51,242 nucleotides of DNA from contig PS015208.1 of assembly GCA_048213135.1 (NCBI GenBank), forward strand, positions 67,291-118,532, given 5' to 3'. Position 1 is the first letter of the stretch. Each line of letters begins with the position of its first letter. Positions 1 to 13,636 of this stretch are shown here, in pieces. The notes beneath the pieces are model-generated. The model was not told where the DNA came from and did not search any database. It saw only the letters and a program-made list of their open reading frames with translations. Source of the stretch: Reclinomonas americana ATCC 50394. Taxonomy: Eukaryota. The position numbers and the translations under genes are program-made.

Positions 1-540
1 GTGGACGGCGCAGCTGGGGCGGCAGCCGTTGCGGCTACCATCACTGGTGGCGTTCCTGGAGGCCCAGTTGGCGGTGATGTGGATGACGGCGACGACGAGG
101 TCTTTGAAGACGATGGCGACGCGGGCTTTGCCTTTGTCGACGACCGGGGAGACGATGACCTCGACCGTGATCACGATGCCGACGACGACGACGATGATGA
201 TGATGGGGATGGGGATGCAGGTGGCGACCGGATGCGTGGCGATCGGCGCCCCGTGTTCCCTTTTCTTGCAGATGACGAGGATGTGGCAGGGATCGAGGAA
301 GTGGAAGATGAAGGCGATGATGATGACGACGACGACGATGGCGATGCTGAGGACGAGGACGAAGACTATGATGACGACGAAGACTACCTTGACGAGCTGG
401 ACAGCTACGCTGCCGATGGTGCGTATGAGATTGGAAGCAAGTTGGGAAGTGACTTGCGGCAGCTGCGCCTCATACGTGTTTGTGTGTGTGTGTGTGTGTG
501 TACGATTGCAGTCGAGTGGCGTCGCATGTTTTCGAATCCC
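1..540 (+). CDS. Partial gene with a long Asp/Glu-rich region; runs off the window start and into an N gap
   Basis: Open acidic frame 1-418. A plausible intron 419-511 (G|GTGCGT...TTGCAG) joins it to give ...DELDSYAADVEWRRMFSNP. No family recognised. Confidence 0.5.
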
Positions 541-907
541 NNNNNNNNNNNNNNNNNNNNNNNNNNNNNNNNNNNNNNNNNNNNNNNNNNNNNNNNNNNN
601 NNNNNNNNNNNNNNNNNNNNNNNNNNNNNNNNNNNNNNNNNNNNNNNNNNNNNNNNNNNNNNNNNNNNNNNNNNNNNNNNNNNNNNNNNNNNNNNNNNNN
701 NNNNNNNNNNNNNNNNNNNNNNNNNNNNNNNNNNNNNNNNNNNNNNNNNNNNNNNNNNNNNNNNNNNNNNNNNNNNNNNNNNNNNNNNNNNNNNNNNNNN
801 NNNNNNNNNNNNNNNNNNNNNNNNNNNNNNNNNNNNNNNNNNNNNNNNNNNNNNNNNNNNNNNNNNNNNNNNNNNNNNNNNNNNNNNNNNNNNNNNNNNN
901 NNNNNNN

Positions 908-2632
908 CCGAATGCCGGCTGCAGTCAGCGCGGCCAGATTACGCATCAACATCTCACGCTGCTGCTGCAGCACGGCTTGCGGTAGCATGGCTGGATCCAT
1001 GAATCCGGCACGTGCACGGAATACGGTAGGCCAAGCGCCCCCGGTGCCACCAATACGTGTTCTGCCCATCAGATCCTCCAAGTGCCCCGCTGGCACGGGC
1101 TCCATTCCCGAGCCGAACGGTAGCCTGCACGTGGAATGCGCAAGATGAGAAGGGAAGGGGGAGAGACACGGCGGTGGCGCGGGAAAGGGGGAGAAGGCTG
1201 ACTGACCTTCGTTGCAGGGAGAGGTCGGTCAAACTCGGCAGGCGACGCAGAGCGGCGGCCAACGGACGGAGTCTGGCCAGCCGTGCTCCGCATATCGACA
1301 GCACTCGCAGGTTCACCAAGGCACCTGCAGCAGATCCGACTCTTCGAGTCAGAAGTGCATTCATCATTGCAAAACGAAAAAGGAAACGCCAGTAACTGAA
1401 GCACTCGGGGTCAATCGTGGTCACGGGGTTCGAGTCCTGTGTGATAGGCGGGGATTGAGCACACACGAGCAGAGGGGAGCGCACGCTGCTGGGCGGCGGC
1501 GACGCACCAGCACGAGGATTTCAAGGTTGACGAGCGTCGACAGGTTCTCCACCACCGTGATCTGCGGTATGCGCACATCGACTTGTCACATGGACGAACA
1601 ATCGATTATGGACCCAAATCTGGTCGCACATGCACGCAACATGATTGCCGGCGAGCCACAGTCGCCGCAGCTTCGTACACTTTTCGAGACTGCACGCACA
1701 CAGTCACATAATCACACACGCACAAGAGATGAGAGAAGTGTGAGAAAGCGAGGGACGCCAGACAAACTAGCTGGGAAATACCACACTGGCCGTGAGATGA
1801 ACTCTCACGCCCTCTGCTGGTTGCATAACTTTTCTATCTTGGTCGCTCCCACACGCGCGTGCAGCACGGCCAGATTGGGCAGCAGACGCAGGAATTCCGG
1901 CAGACAACCTGTGTGTGACAAGAGAAACGGGGCGTAAAAATAAACTCCTCGACACCGCCGCCGCTGACTCTCCGACAGAATCAGGAGAGGGAGATAAAGA
2001 GGAGAAGGAGAAGAGGAGAAGGAGAAGCGACTGTGCGTGTGCGCGCGCGCGCGAGAGAGCGTAGACAGTGTGCTTGTCGTCGATCGAGTTGTGAGCATGA
2101 GTCTTCTCACTCTCCCTTGCTCATCCACATGCGCGCGCGTAAGCATCCAACAGCACATGCAGTCCACCAGTGTGAGCATGCAAGTACGTGTGCGTATGTG
2201 CAGATGCGCCAAGATCGATGATGATGATGATAAGTGAGAGAAAACCGCACACACAGGCACACACACTCAATCAAGCAAAGAACTGATCGTGTGCGCACAT
2301 AGAGAGAAAAGACGCACACATATGCGCACAGAGAGAGAAAGAGAGGGAGACAGGGGAAGGAGCACTTGCTCCAACTCACTGACGACAATTCAACCGCGAC
2401 CTCCCACACACGCGCGCGCGCGCACATTGACGGACTCAGCAAAGCATCCATGTGCGCACCTCTCACAGCACACACATACAGATACACTGACACTGACAGA
2501 CAAGGGCGCGCGCGTGTGTGAGCGTGGTCGTGATGGCTCACCATAGTCCTTTTGCAAGTGCAGCTCAATGACCTCCTCAGGTGCGCATGTCAGGCGGTTG
2601 TCGCGAAGTGCTTCAGCAAGGGCGGCGTCCAT
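908..2632 (-). CDS. Leucine-rich repeat protein (SDS22/LRRC9-like repeats); 3' end lies in a gap
   Basis: Spliced model MDAALAEALRDN...QKDYG|CLPEFLRLLPNLAVLHARVGATKIEN|LEKCTKLRRLWLAGNH|ITVVENLSTLVNLEILVL|DSNPVTTIDPECFS|ALVNLRVLSICG... shows LxxLxLxxNxI periodicity. Six GT-AG introns keep the frame. Confidence 0.75.
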
Positions 2633-2925
2633 CAGAGAACACACACGCGCACGCCACTCACACACAACGCTCCACCGCCTGAAACAGCGGCGCTTTGTGA
2701 GCGTGTCCCACGACTGTGATCCCAGCTGATGTCCGGCGACGTCTTTGACGGGATGTGGACCTTTGCCTGACAGTGTCGAGTTCACGGCCAGCTGATGGTC
2801 AGACTAGACGCCCTCTACCCGTATAGGCGACGGGTAGATCGCGTTGCTGATGTCCGCAGACTTCCGGTGGGTCCGAATTCGAACTGTCGATCAGGTGGTG
2901 GCAGCGCAACGCTTTCATGATTTAA

Positions 2926-5092
2926 TTAGTCGCACCACCAGTACCTCTGGTCGACGCCGAGTGCCTCCCACATGGCGCACGTGTCGGCCTTGTAGTTTTC
3001 GACGGCTTGCGGCGGATCGCGCATGACCATGGTGGTGAAGGAGGACGAGGTTGAGGAGCGGAAGAAGGGCGGCCAGACGGCCTGGTCCAGCTGCCCGTCG
3101 GTCATCAGCTGGGCCCACATGGTGCGCAGGAATTGCGAGTGGCGCTCGTCGGTGGGCGTGGGCATGTAGCCGCTGTCGGGACCCCACAGCTGCACGTGGA
3201 CAGAGGAGGATGTCAGTGTCTCGCAATTTGTGTCGCACAGCGCAGCGGGCGGAGCTTACCTGCAGCCCATTCACTTGATCCCACGTGTGGAAGGCGTACC
3301 GCGCATAATAACTATCAGAGACGAAAATGGGCGTTCCCGGGTTCCAGTCTGCCCGAGAGACAACATACGGTAGTGAGGGTGGTGGCGAGAGCAGGATCGC
3401 ACCATCCACCACTCAACTGTTGACAAAGACGTAGATCGGACTCTTGTATGCGCCCGTGGCGTGTGCACGTCGCACGAGAGCGATGCTGGCACACGACAGG
3501 CCATAGTCGGACACAATGGCCTGCACGGCGACAGTGAGAACTGGTGAGAGGAGTGGGAGGGGTGATCCGTCAGCGACCAGCGCGCAACATCGAACGCCAT
3601 CTGGGGATCGCTGTTCGCCTCGGCGCTGTACTGTGCCAACACGGTGGTCGCCACACCGCTCGGATTCTTGTATGCGGCAAACGACTTGGTGATAAAGTCC
3701 TTCCACTGTGCCGAAGTGTAGCCAGCCACCCGCACCTCTGGTCCGTAGTCCTGCTCAACGCGAAAAAGGTGAGTGCTGCGACTTGTGGTTGGACGACATG
3801 GCGCGCAACGCACCGACTCGTAGCCCATGTTGCCAAACATGAACGGCACATCGACGAGTCCAGTGGCGAGGGCGTCGCCAAACGGCATCGTGATGACACG
3901 CCTGTCGACCACCGGCAGACCGGCGTAGTGCATGCCGTTGGCGCTCTTTGGCATGTTCCACATGCCCGGCGTGTCCCACGAGTGCGGAATGGCGTGCGTG
4001 AGCTGCGTGGTACCGTCATGAGTGCGGAAAAAAAGAGAAAATATGTTGCAGGTTTGTGCACACTCACCGTCTTGATCGACGCTCGTCGCATGCACGTCAG
4101 CCGCGCCGACCACGAGCTCAACGAGCCACAGCCGGCCGCATCGAGAATGCCCGCGTTCTGCTTCTCCGCGTCGTGCATCGAAATGGTAATGTTTGGCGAC
4201 CCCGACAAGGAGATGGCGCGGTGGAAGAGACCACGAGAGGCAGCACTCGACATGAGCGCGAAGATGGACGTGCCACCGCTGGACTGGCCGTACACGGTGA
4301 CACGCGACGGATCGCCGCCAAAGTTGGCAATGTTGTCGCGAATCCACCGCAACGCCAGCTGCTGGTCGAGACTGCGCACGAGGCATGAGCATGACTGACA
4401 GGCACACTCACACTCACACTCACACGCAAAGTACACGCAACATGCCGTAATTTCCCGAGGTGCCTCCCTGCTCCTCGCTGAGCTCCGACACGGCAAGGAA
4501 GCCAAAGATATTCAAGCGATAGTTGATGGTCACGCCCACGCAGGGGGTGGTGGCCACAAAGTTCTGCACGTACTCGTCCACCGCGGAGCCATCCATCAGG
4601 CCTCCTCCGTGAATGTCGACCAGCACCGGCAGCAGGCCGGCACTCGTGGCATTGCTACTTGTCGCGGGCATGTAGACATTGAGCTGTAGACAGTCCTCGC
4701 TCCCATCAGAACCGTCGCTCTGTACGCAGCGCGGTCCCAGTCGCGTGGCATCGAGAATGCGCGTGGGACCCCAACAATCCGCCGACTCGGGTGCGCGCCA
4801 TCTGAGGTCGCCCACAGGCGCCTTGCCGTACGGGATGTTCTCAAAGGAGGCCACTGAGTGCCCTCCCACTACTGTGCTCTGCAGACGACCCTGTGTGGCA
4901 CCACCCGCAGCGCGTGTGAGCAAAAATGGAGAGAAGGAGTGTGGCAGTGTATCTCTCAACTTGCACGAGTCCGCACGTGGTGTTGACGAGCAGTGAGGGC
5001 GCTGTTGACACGTGGGCAGACGATAGAGGCCATGTGCATACCAGCACGGCCAGTGTGCACACGCACACGAGTAATGCGTGGCGCTTTTGCAT
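2926..5092 (-). CDS. Secreted type-B carboxylesterase/lipase (alpha/beta hydrolase)
   Basis: Hydrophobic signal peptide and motifs IPYGKAPVGDLRW, SEDCLQLNVY, IHGGG, NYRLNIFGFL, GNYGILDQQLAL and FGGDPSRVTVYGQSSGG (nucleophile elbow). Seven introns. Confidence 0.92.
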
Positions 5093-5106
5093 GTTATTGC
5101 GTTGTA

Positions 5107-7695
5107 TTAAAGATCGGGACGGGCGGCAGAGGACGCCGAGTCCGTGTTCGCGTATCTCTTCAGGGGTATGATGCGGGGGAAGAGCAACTGGAGGCCCTCG
5201 TTGGGATCCTCCTGTTGCATGAGCTGGCGTCGGTACCACCAGCGGACGAGAGCGTAGGCCACCACCGACAGGCACACGAGCACCAGTCCGCAAATGTGCA
5301 TGGGCGACGGCGAGAAGTTCTGTCCATCGCCAACGAGATGAGAGACGCGATCGCGAGGGGTGGGTGGAGTGGGTGTCGTACGTGCAGCACGCAACAACAA
5401 TCATCAGCTTCTTCGGCAGCACATGGGAGAGCGAGGCGAAAAAGACAATCTGCGGCACAATATCGGCGTCTTGGATGACTCCGACGGCCGTGGAGCGGAA
5501 CACGGCAGTCAGCGCCACTGTCAGCGACTGGAACCTGCGGGAATACCACATTGTCAGTGAAAGGGGATGTACACGCAGGGAGAGAGGGAGAGAGAGGGCG
5601 CCCNNNNNNNNNNNNNNNNNNNNNNNNNNNNNNNNNNNNNNNNNNNNNNNNNNNNNNNNNNNNNNNNNNNNNNNNNNNNNNNNNNNNNNNNNNNNNNNNN
5701 NNNNNNNNNNNNNNNNNNNNNNNNNNNNNNNNNNNNNNNNNNNNNNNNNNNNNNNNNNNNNNNNNNNNNNNNNNNNNNNNNNNNNNNNNNNNNNNNNNNN
5801 NNNNNNNNNNNNNNNNNNNNNNNNNNNNNNNNNGTTGCGCGCAACGTCAGGGTGAGGACAACACCGCCGAGGAGCACGGGCACGACGTACGCCGTGTGCC
5901 GGAGAACTTCGGTGGCGGGCGGGTTTCGCACTCCGACCTCGTACGCAAATGCGGGTGTGATCAAGAAGAGAAGCGCCATGACCATCTTGAAGAGTGTGAT
6001 CTGCACGATGCATGAGGGAGGCGAGGAGCCCCGATGCACCACCGAACACACATGCAACGCACCTCCAGAATGCTCATGTTGTGGGGTGGCGCACACAACT
6101 CGATGCACACTTGCCGAAGCAGCACAATCATGAGGCCGGTGGCCAGCGCAGACACGAGGTTGAAGGCAAACGCCAGCGCGGGCGGACCTTGAATGCCCTG
6201 TTGCNNNNNNNNNNNNNNNNNNNNNNNNNNNNNNNNNNNNNNNNNNNNNNNNNNNNNNNNNNNNNNNNNNNNNNNNNNNNNNNNNNNNNNNNNNNNNNNN
6301 NNNNNNNNNNNNNNNNNNNNNNNNNNNNNNNNNNNNNNNNNNNNNNNNNNNNNNNNNNNNNNNNNNNNNNNNNNNNNNNNNNNNNNNNNNNNNNNNNNNN
6401 NNNNNNNNNNNNNNNNNNNNNNNNNNNNNNNNNNNNNNNNNNNNNNNNNNNNNNNNNNNNNNNNNNNNNNNNNNNNNNNNNNNNNNNNNNNNNNNNNNNN
6501 NNNNNNNNNNNNNNNNNNNNNNNNNNNNNNNNNNNNNNNNNNNNNNNNNNNNNNNNNNNNNNNNNNNNNNNNNNNNNNNNNNNNNNNNNNNNNNNNNNNN
6601 NNNNNNNNNNNNNNNNNNNNNNNNNNNNNNNNNNNNNNNNNNNNNNNNNNNNNNNNNNNNNNNNNNNNNNNNNNNNNNNNNNNNNNNNNNNNNNNNNNNN
6701 NNNNNNNNNNNNNNNNNNNNNNNNNNNNNNNNNNNNNNNNNNNNNNNNTCATCGTGAATACCATCGGAGGAACAAGAGCACCGTCTCACGCTCGCACACA
6801 CACACGCACCTCGGTGGAGTCGAACGAGACAAGCACCACTCCCGCCGCGAGTGACACGCACAGTAGCACCTCGGGCCACCGCGGGCGCTCGTTCTTGACA
6901 AAGAGGAACGTAAAGATCACAATCCACAGCAACTGTAGGCGCACACTTGTCAGCAACACGAAGGGCGGATCCGAAGCCCGCACACACAACGCACCGTGGT
7001 CGAGCGCAGAATGAGGTGCAAGTTGGCCGGCACCTGCTTGAGGCCGAGATTGCCGAGCGCCATCACACAAGCGTACAAGAACGAGACCAGAACCAGCTTC
7101 CGCCTGCGCCGCACATCAGCTCCACTACGACTACCAACACAGAGACAAGCGACCTCTCTCCGCGCGCACGCAACGTCTTGAACCAGAAGCCCGGCCCACC
7201 AAACCAGCTCCGCCCGTCCCCCTCGTCGCCCCCATCATAGTCATACTCATCGTCGTCGATCCCATCATAGTACGTGCTATCGTTCTCCCCTCGCCGTCGC
7301 CGACAACAGCAACAGCACGAGTAGCGCAAGCGCTGCCACCATCGCCACCGCTCACCCGCGTTCCACAACAGCAACACCAGGACAACTCCACTCAACTCAA
7401 GCACACTGGCCATTAGCGGAAACTCAAACCCGGCGTACTCGCCAATGCCCGAGAACGTGATTTTGTTGTACAATGGAAGCACAATGTCAGCCTACACAAT
7501 GCACGTGCGTATGTGAGACAGGAGAGCAAGGCAAGGCAGCAGGAGGGGGCGAGAGAGAGAGACCAGAATGTAGAGCACAAGAAACACGGCATTGCGAGTG
7601 GTGACAGGTTGCAGATTGGTGGTGGCGGCCTGTTGCCGCGGATCAGTGGCCGCGGATGACTCGTCGCCGTTGATGGCATGTCGCGCAGTCTTCAT
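5107..7695 (-). CDS. Nucleotide-sugar / triose-phosphate transporter family (SLC35/DMT) membrane protein, interrupted by two gaps
   Basis: Many hydrophobic helices, plus LYNKITFS...FEFPL, ALGNLGLKQVP...HLILRSTT and LLWIVIFTFLFVKNERP, which are typical of TPT/SLC35 transporters. Confidence 0.75.
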
Positions 7696-7765
7696 CTTGT
7701 CAGCACAGCAGTGACAGACAGAGACTATTCCGCTCGCCTTTCCCCACCTTCTTTCTCACTCAATC

Positions 7766-8957
7766 ATGGAGCTGCTCGTCGCCCTTGGCACACTCGTGTT
7801 CCCCGGTGACATTGTCGGTCGACTCAGCGACGCGCAAGGCACAGAAGAGGATGGCGAGTATGAAGAGGAAGAAGACGAGGAAGACGAGGGTGCGTCTGCA
7901 TCGACAAAGACCACACTGGCCATGTTGAGACTGGGTGCTGGCCTCATTCAGGATCGTGAGGTGGTCGTGGCCACGCGTGCAGGCGTGTTGAGGCGACTGG
8001 CAGCTGCAGCTGCGCACTTGTATACAGTGGATACTCCGGGATTGCGTTGTGTTGCGTCTCTCTCACTCGCACACACACACGCACACACACACATGCACAC
8101 ACACACACACACACACACTTGCACACACACACACACACACACGCACACACGCACACACATGCACAAGACAATGCATTGAGTGCATTCATTCTCTCCACTC
8201 GCTCTCCCTCTCACCATCTCCGTGCACACTGGTGGCCACATGCACTCCCTTGCACACACGTTCACTCACTCAAATGCACGCGCATGGAGCGCGCGCACGT
8301 TGAGGTGCGGCATGTCTCTCTCTCTTACACACTCACGCGCATTCACAGTACGTTCCCTCGCTGGAGGACCCTGTGATTGGAGTGGTGACGGATGCAGGTG
8401 GCGAGAACTACAAGGTCGATTTGGGGTGTCATCGGCAGGGAACGCTGTCGGTGTTGGCCTTTGATGGAGCAAGCAAGCGCAATCGACCGCGATTGGAGGT
8501 CGGTGCACTCGTGTACTGCCGTGTGGTGCTGGCCAGTCGTGATGTGGAGCCGGAGCTGTCGTGTGTGAGTCCGACGAGTCGCAAGGAGTGGATGACGGGC
8601 GAGAGTGTGTTTAATGAGCTCAAGAGCGGCACGCTGTTTGAGTGCTCGTCGACGCTGTGTCGCCAGTTGCGTTTTTTTTTTGTTGGGGTGGCAAGGCGGC
8701 TGCTGCTGCGTTCGTGCTCTGAACACTGTGTGCGGGGCTGCAGGTTGCTGGATCCCGAATGCACGGTGTTGAAGCAGGTGGGAGCGCGCATTCCGTTTGA
8801 GATCGCCGTCGGTGTCAATGGTCGTGTGTGGGTCAATGCTGCCTCGTATCGGCATCTGGCGCTCGTCTGCAACGCCATTCAGAATTCGGAGTTCCTCACG
8901 GCGGCGCAGATCAAGCTGATGGTGCGGAAGTTGGTGGAGGGCGCCGGTGGCAAGTGA
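7766..8957 (+). CDS. RRP40: Exosome complex subunit RRP40 (EXOSC3)
   Basis: YVPSLEDPVIGVV, YKVDLG, LAFDGASKRNRPRLEVGALVYCRV, EPELSC and FEIAVGVNGRVWV. Introns at 8051-8348 and 8666-8743. Confidence 0.93.
8068..8165 (+). repeat. Imperfect (CA)n microsatellite inside RRP40 intron 1
   Basis: Directly visible CA dinucleotide run. Confidence 0.9.
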
Positions 8958-9079
8958 AAAAAGTGAAGCCATAATATATATATAGATAATGTTTTTCTCC
9001 AACAAAAAGTGCCCTCTCATTCATTCTATCAAGTGTGTGTGTGCGTGATTCACAGGCTGGGTATCTTGCCTGTTGCTGT

Positions 9080-11338
9080 CTACAATTCGTCGTGCTTCTT
9101 CTCCTCTGGCAAGACCGGAGCTGGTCCCGTTGTTTTCCTGCCCACCAACACACACACAGTCAGGTGACAAGTGAGTGCACACTGACACAGAGATCACTCA
9201 CCGGTTGGCCTGGATAAAGGTGACCAGACTCTCAAAGTCCAGCTTGCGGCCCTTGTACTGAATGGGCCGGGCGGCTTTGGTGGCCGGGAACAGCATGATG
9301 GTCGGGAAGCCCTTGACCTCGACGCCGTCCGGCAAATCGTTGTCGTCCAAGTTGTAGCGGGCAATGGTGATGCCCTGGTCGGCCGCGTACATGTTGGCGA
9401 GCTGGCGAGGGGAGAGAGAGAGAGGTGAGGTGACAGCAGTGAAGGAGGATATGATGCAGAGAGTCACGCACCAGCTTGTAGGTGGGTGCCAGCGTCTTGC
9501 AGTGTGTGCACCAGCCGGTGTAGAACTCGACCACCACATCGCGCCCCACGTCCTGCGTGCGCTGCGCAAAGGACGAGCGCACAAACTGCAGACACACACA
9601 CCACATTTGTTAGAGGAGACGTGCAGACTGCACATGCGTGTGCGTGCACGTAACGTCCTTCAGGTTGCTGCGCGCATTCGTGGTCGGCTCGGCCGCACTC
9701 TTGTACGTCGGGCGCAGTTTGCCCTTGGCGAAGCCTTCCATGAACGCCGCAATCCTCGCCGGGTCGTTCACATCATCGGTCGGCAACACATACTTGGTGA
9801 CCTGCGGCAGCACACACGGTGAGTCCTGGCCGGCAAGCACACGCATCGACAGGGTGGGTAGGTGGTCAACGCACCAGATCCTTGTCCAAAATGTGCACCT
9901 CCGGCAGCGCATTGAGGTCGACCTTGTGGCGCGCGGCAAACGTGTCGAACTCGACAGTGTCGAGCACCACGGCCATGAACTGCTGGTTCACCTTTTTGTT
10001 CACGTGCTTGCTGCGGGCGTCCCAGATGGCGCCAATCACATTGCTGGTCTCCCGACTCTCCGACGGGTTCACATACGCAATCAGCAACGGGTGCGTGCCA
10101 CTCAGGGCCTCTGCATAATGCACAGGTGAGCGCGGCCCGCTGCATTTGGCAGAAAGAGGAGATGATGACGTTTGAAGAAGAAAACGCACCGGGACTCCAT
10201 CCGGCCGACAGGGAAATCACATAATCGGTCGACACCGTGTGCAGCCACTCCAGCACCTGTCCAGCGTCAAACTTCTCGGCCATGGCCGAAGGCATGTCGA
10301 CAGCCACCGTCTTGGAGAAAGGTGCAAACACTCGAAGCGCCGGCGACGACTTGCCGAGACCAAACGGACGCGCAGTCTTCTTGTCGGTCACAAACGCAAA
10401 GTTCATCTCGTTCTGGAAGACGCGACCCACGGACTCGAACTGCTCCAGCACTACACAAGCACGCCTGCTGGTAAGCACGCGCGAACGGTGCAGTCGGAGA
10501 GAGAGAGAGAGACACCACGCAACGCTTACGACTCGGCTTGCCCTCAAAGTACGCAATGACACGTGGCTTGGACGAGACACTGGCCCACTTGGTCTTCTTG
10601 CTCTTGTTGTCAATGTTGGTCAGCGGCGAGCGATCGTACGTCTGCAGGTACGCCACCAGCGACTTGGCCGAACCGCCCATGCCCAGCGGGCGAATGACTC
10701 CCTCACTGCGTCGTCGGCATGATGCATGAGAAAGACAACAGGAAGGAAGGATCGACTCTTACTCGAGAAGGTGACGCACCGTCCGACCAAGTACGACGGC
10801 ACCTCAGGCTCAAACGACGGCATGAGCGTGGGACTCTCTCGCAACAGCTCCATGAGAGCCTCCATGTTGGCCTCGTCGCCCACATTCAACTTGGCCACAG
10901 TGATGCGCGTCGATCCAATCGTCGCCTGCAACGCCTGCGATGCACGCTCTGCCGACTCGCATTCCTTGCACTCTTCCGCGTCACGCAGACTATCACACAC
11001 ACACGCATGAGCGCACGATGCAGAGAGAGTGTATTTCACAGTGCGAGTGCGCGCAACAGCAAGAGAATGGGGGTCGGCGCAGTGCGCGGGTCCAGTGGGA
11101 ACATGAACTTGGCCACGTCACTGGCCGTCACTAGCTGCAACGGAGGCAACATCTGCCCAAGTCGCTGTCGCGCAGCATGCACCGCCTGCAATACGTGTCA
11201 GAGCGACTCTCCCTCACACGCACACACACAACACAACACACGCACAGCTGGGTCCTGCCGCTCAGCAGCCATCACACCACCACCAGCACTGATGCACACC
11301 AGCAGTGCAACAACCACAAGCAAAACGCGTGCAAGCAT
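9080..11338 (-). CDS. Protein disulfide isomerase family protein, ER-resident
   Basis: Signal peptide, C-terminal thioredoxin domain (DVVVEFYTGWCTHCKTLAPTY...VKGFPTIMLFPA), and a last exon ending EEKKHDEL-stop. Confidence 0.9.
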
Positions 11339-11414
11339 GTGTGTATGTGACTCGGAAAAACCAAAGGACGACGTGCGGGACACAGACTGACTCTCTCTCG
11401 TCTCTTCTCGTTGC

Positions 11415-13483
11415 ATGTGCGCAGCAGTGGCGTATCGTGTTGTGCGTGGTCCTGGCGCCAGTGCGGCCTCTGCACGTCGCAATCGCGCAGACCAAGAGGA
11501 AGACGAAGAGGAACGAGTGGAGGACCGATTGTGGCGCGCAGAGGTCCTCTCTCTTTTTCTTCGTTCTCCTCTGCATCGCCTCTGTGCTCACGCGCTTGTT
11601 GTGCAGGCACAGTACCAGCAGCGCAGAGACGTGCGGCGTCGCGAGGAAGACGAGCGCGTGTTGGAGGAGGTCACTGGGCGACCAGTGATCACTCGACGTG
11701 CAGCACAGGCGGTGCGCACGGAGCCTGTGGAGGAGCGACTGTACAGGCAAGCACTGGAGCAGAAGAGGCGATCGCAGCAAAAACGTACGCGCTCGACCCC
11801 AAGCTTTGCCATGCCATTTGCGAACATGACTGATATCTTTTGTTGTATGTACTATAGTGGAGCATACTCGATCATTGTCGCCGCGATCGCCGGCCAGTGG
11901 GTCGCTATCGGTGGAGGAACGACTGTTGATTGCAGGCGCGCGTCATGCGCAGCACTTGGATGAGCTGCGGCTGCAGCGGGAGCAGGAGGAGATGCGGCAG
12001 GTGACGGGCGTGCCGGTGTTGAGTGAGCTGTCGGAGCGCATGGTGGCCACCACGCGGACGGCGACGTCGGTGCCACCGCATCAGAGGCTGTATGAGCAGG
12101 GTGTGCGACGTGATCGCACGCCTCCGGCTCTTCAGCAGCAGCAGCAGCAGAAGAGTCCGCGCCCGAGTCACAGGAGCGTGCAAATGGCGAGTCCGCGCAC
12201 GGCGGGTGGTGAGCGTGTGGAGGATCGCTTGCTCAAGGCCGGCGAGCGACAGAGTCAACGTCAAGCAAAGCTGCAGAAGGAGTCGACGGCGGAATTGAGT
12301 TGCGTTTGGATATGGAAGGCCTGGCGTTGCGGAGTCGCTGACCCCCATTGCTGCCTCGCAGCGTTCCGACCTCAACTGCGACCGCACGTGGCCAACATGA
12401 AGCGCGACGGCAAGATCGAGGACCGCCTGCTGAAGCAGGTCGAATTCATGGAGCGCCGGCGGCAAGTACTCGTTCGTGACGTGATGCGGGATGAGATCGC
12501 AAAGGCCGAGCTGAAGAATGGCCAGGTGCGGAACGGGAGATGCTGATTGACGCTCCCTTCTTCTTGCTCCTCATCGATATTTGTTGTTCTGCGCAGCAAC
12601 TCTTCACTCCTGTCATCCACCCGCGGTCGGCGGCACTGCAAGACAGACCGCCGTTGGAGGAGCGAACTCGTAAACACTCGACGGCCAAGGAGCAGTGGCT
12701 GAAGCAGCAGAAAGCACGTCGTTTGCAGGAGGAGATGGCCGAGTGCACGTTTGCGCCGCAGGTGCGCCAGGCACGGCGACCGGCTCTGAGTCCACCAAAA
12801 TCCACTCCGCCGTCGGCTCCTTCAGCAGCACCACCACCACCACAAACCACGTCGTCTGCTGCCACGTTGCGTAGACGAGAGTTGAGGAGGGGAAGAGGAG
12901 ATACTTTGACGCGCTCACTTTTGCTGCTGCTGATTACAGCGACGGATACGCGCGAAGCGCCCAGCGCCAACCCGCTGCCGACCAGAGGTACGGCCAGAGG
13001 CGCCCGCCTGACATACAGGCACATGACGACGAGGAGGACGAGGACGACGGCAGTGATCCATACGATGTGCCGATCTCCGACAGCGACGAGTACGACGTTC
13101 CGACCGATACCGAAGACGAAGTACCTCAGCGTCATCAGCAACAGCCGCCAATGCCGCCGCCGCCTCCTCCTCCTCCTCCTCCACCACAAATGCCCACACC
13201 ACCACCACCGCCACCGCCACCACCGCCACCAGTAGTCGTACCTCCAGTGGCAGTGCCAGCGGCAGAGGAATCGCCGCCTTCAGGCGACAAGACAAAATGG
13301 AGACGACGGCGGAGGGAGCTCTCCAGTCACGCGTCGCCGCATTCCTCCGCCTCCGCACCCCGCACGCCCGGCAGAACTCCCACCTCTGCCCGGTCGGTAC
13401 GCATGTCGAGTCGACACGACGAGGAGCTCGCAGAGGTGCGACAGCTGCTCGAAGAATTGTTGGCGGAGGAACGCCAAGTGTAA
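11415..13483 (+). CDS. Uncharacterised repeat protein (V/I-E-E/D-R-L and TFxP repeats) with a Pro-rich, coiled C-terminus
   Basis: Spliced frames contain RVEDRLW, VEERLY, VEERLL, HQRLY, RVEDRLL, IEDRLL and TFRPQ, LFTPVI, ECTFAPQ. Five introns placed; the start codon is uncertain. Confidence 0.65.
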
Positions 13484-13636
13484 GGGAACGAGTGCATGCA
13501 TGCTTCAAGTACAAAGAGGGCATTTTTCAGGGTTGTTCAATAAGGAAGTGGAGGCTTGCTGAAAGCAGCACGATGGTGCACAATCGCGATTCACAGGCAC
13601 GGGTAGGACGAGCGCACGTGTTTCTCTTCGTCCACA

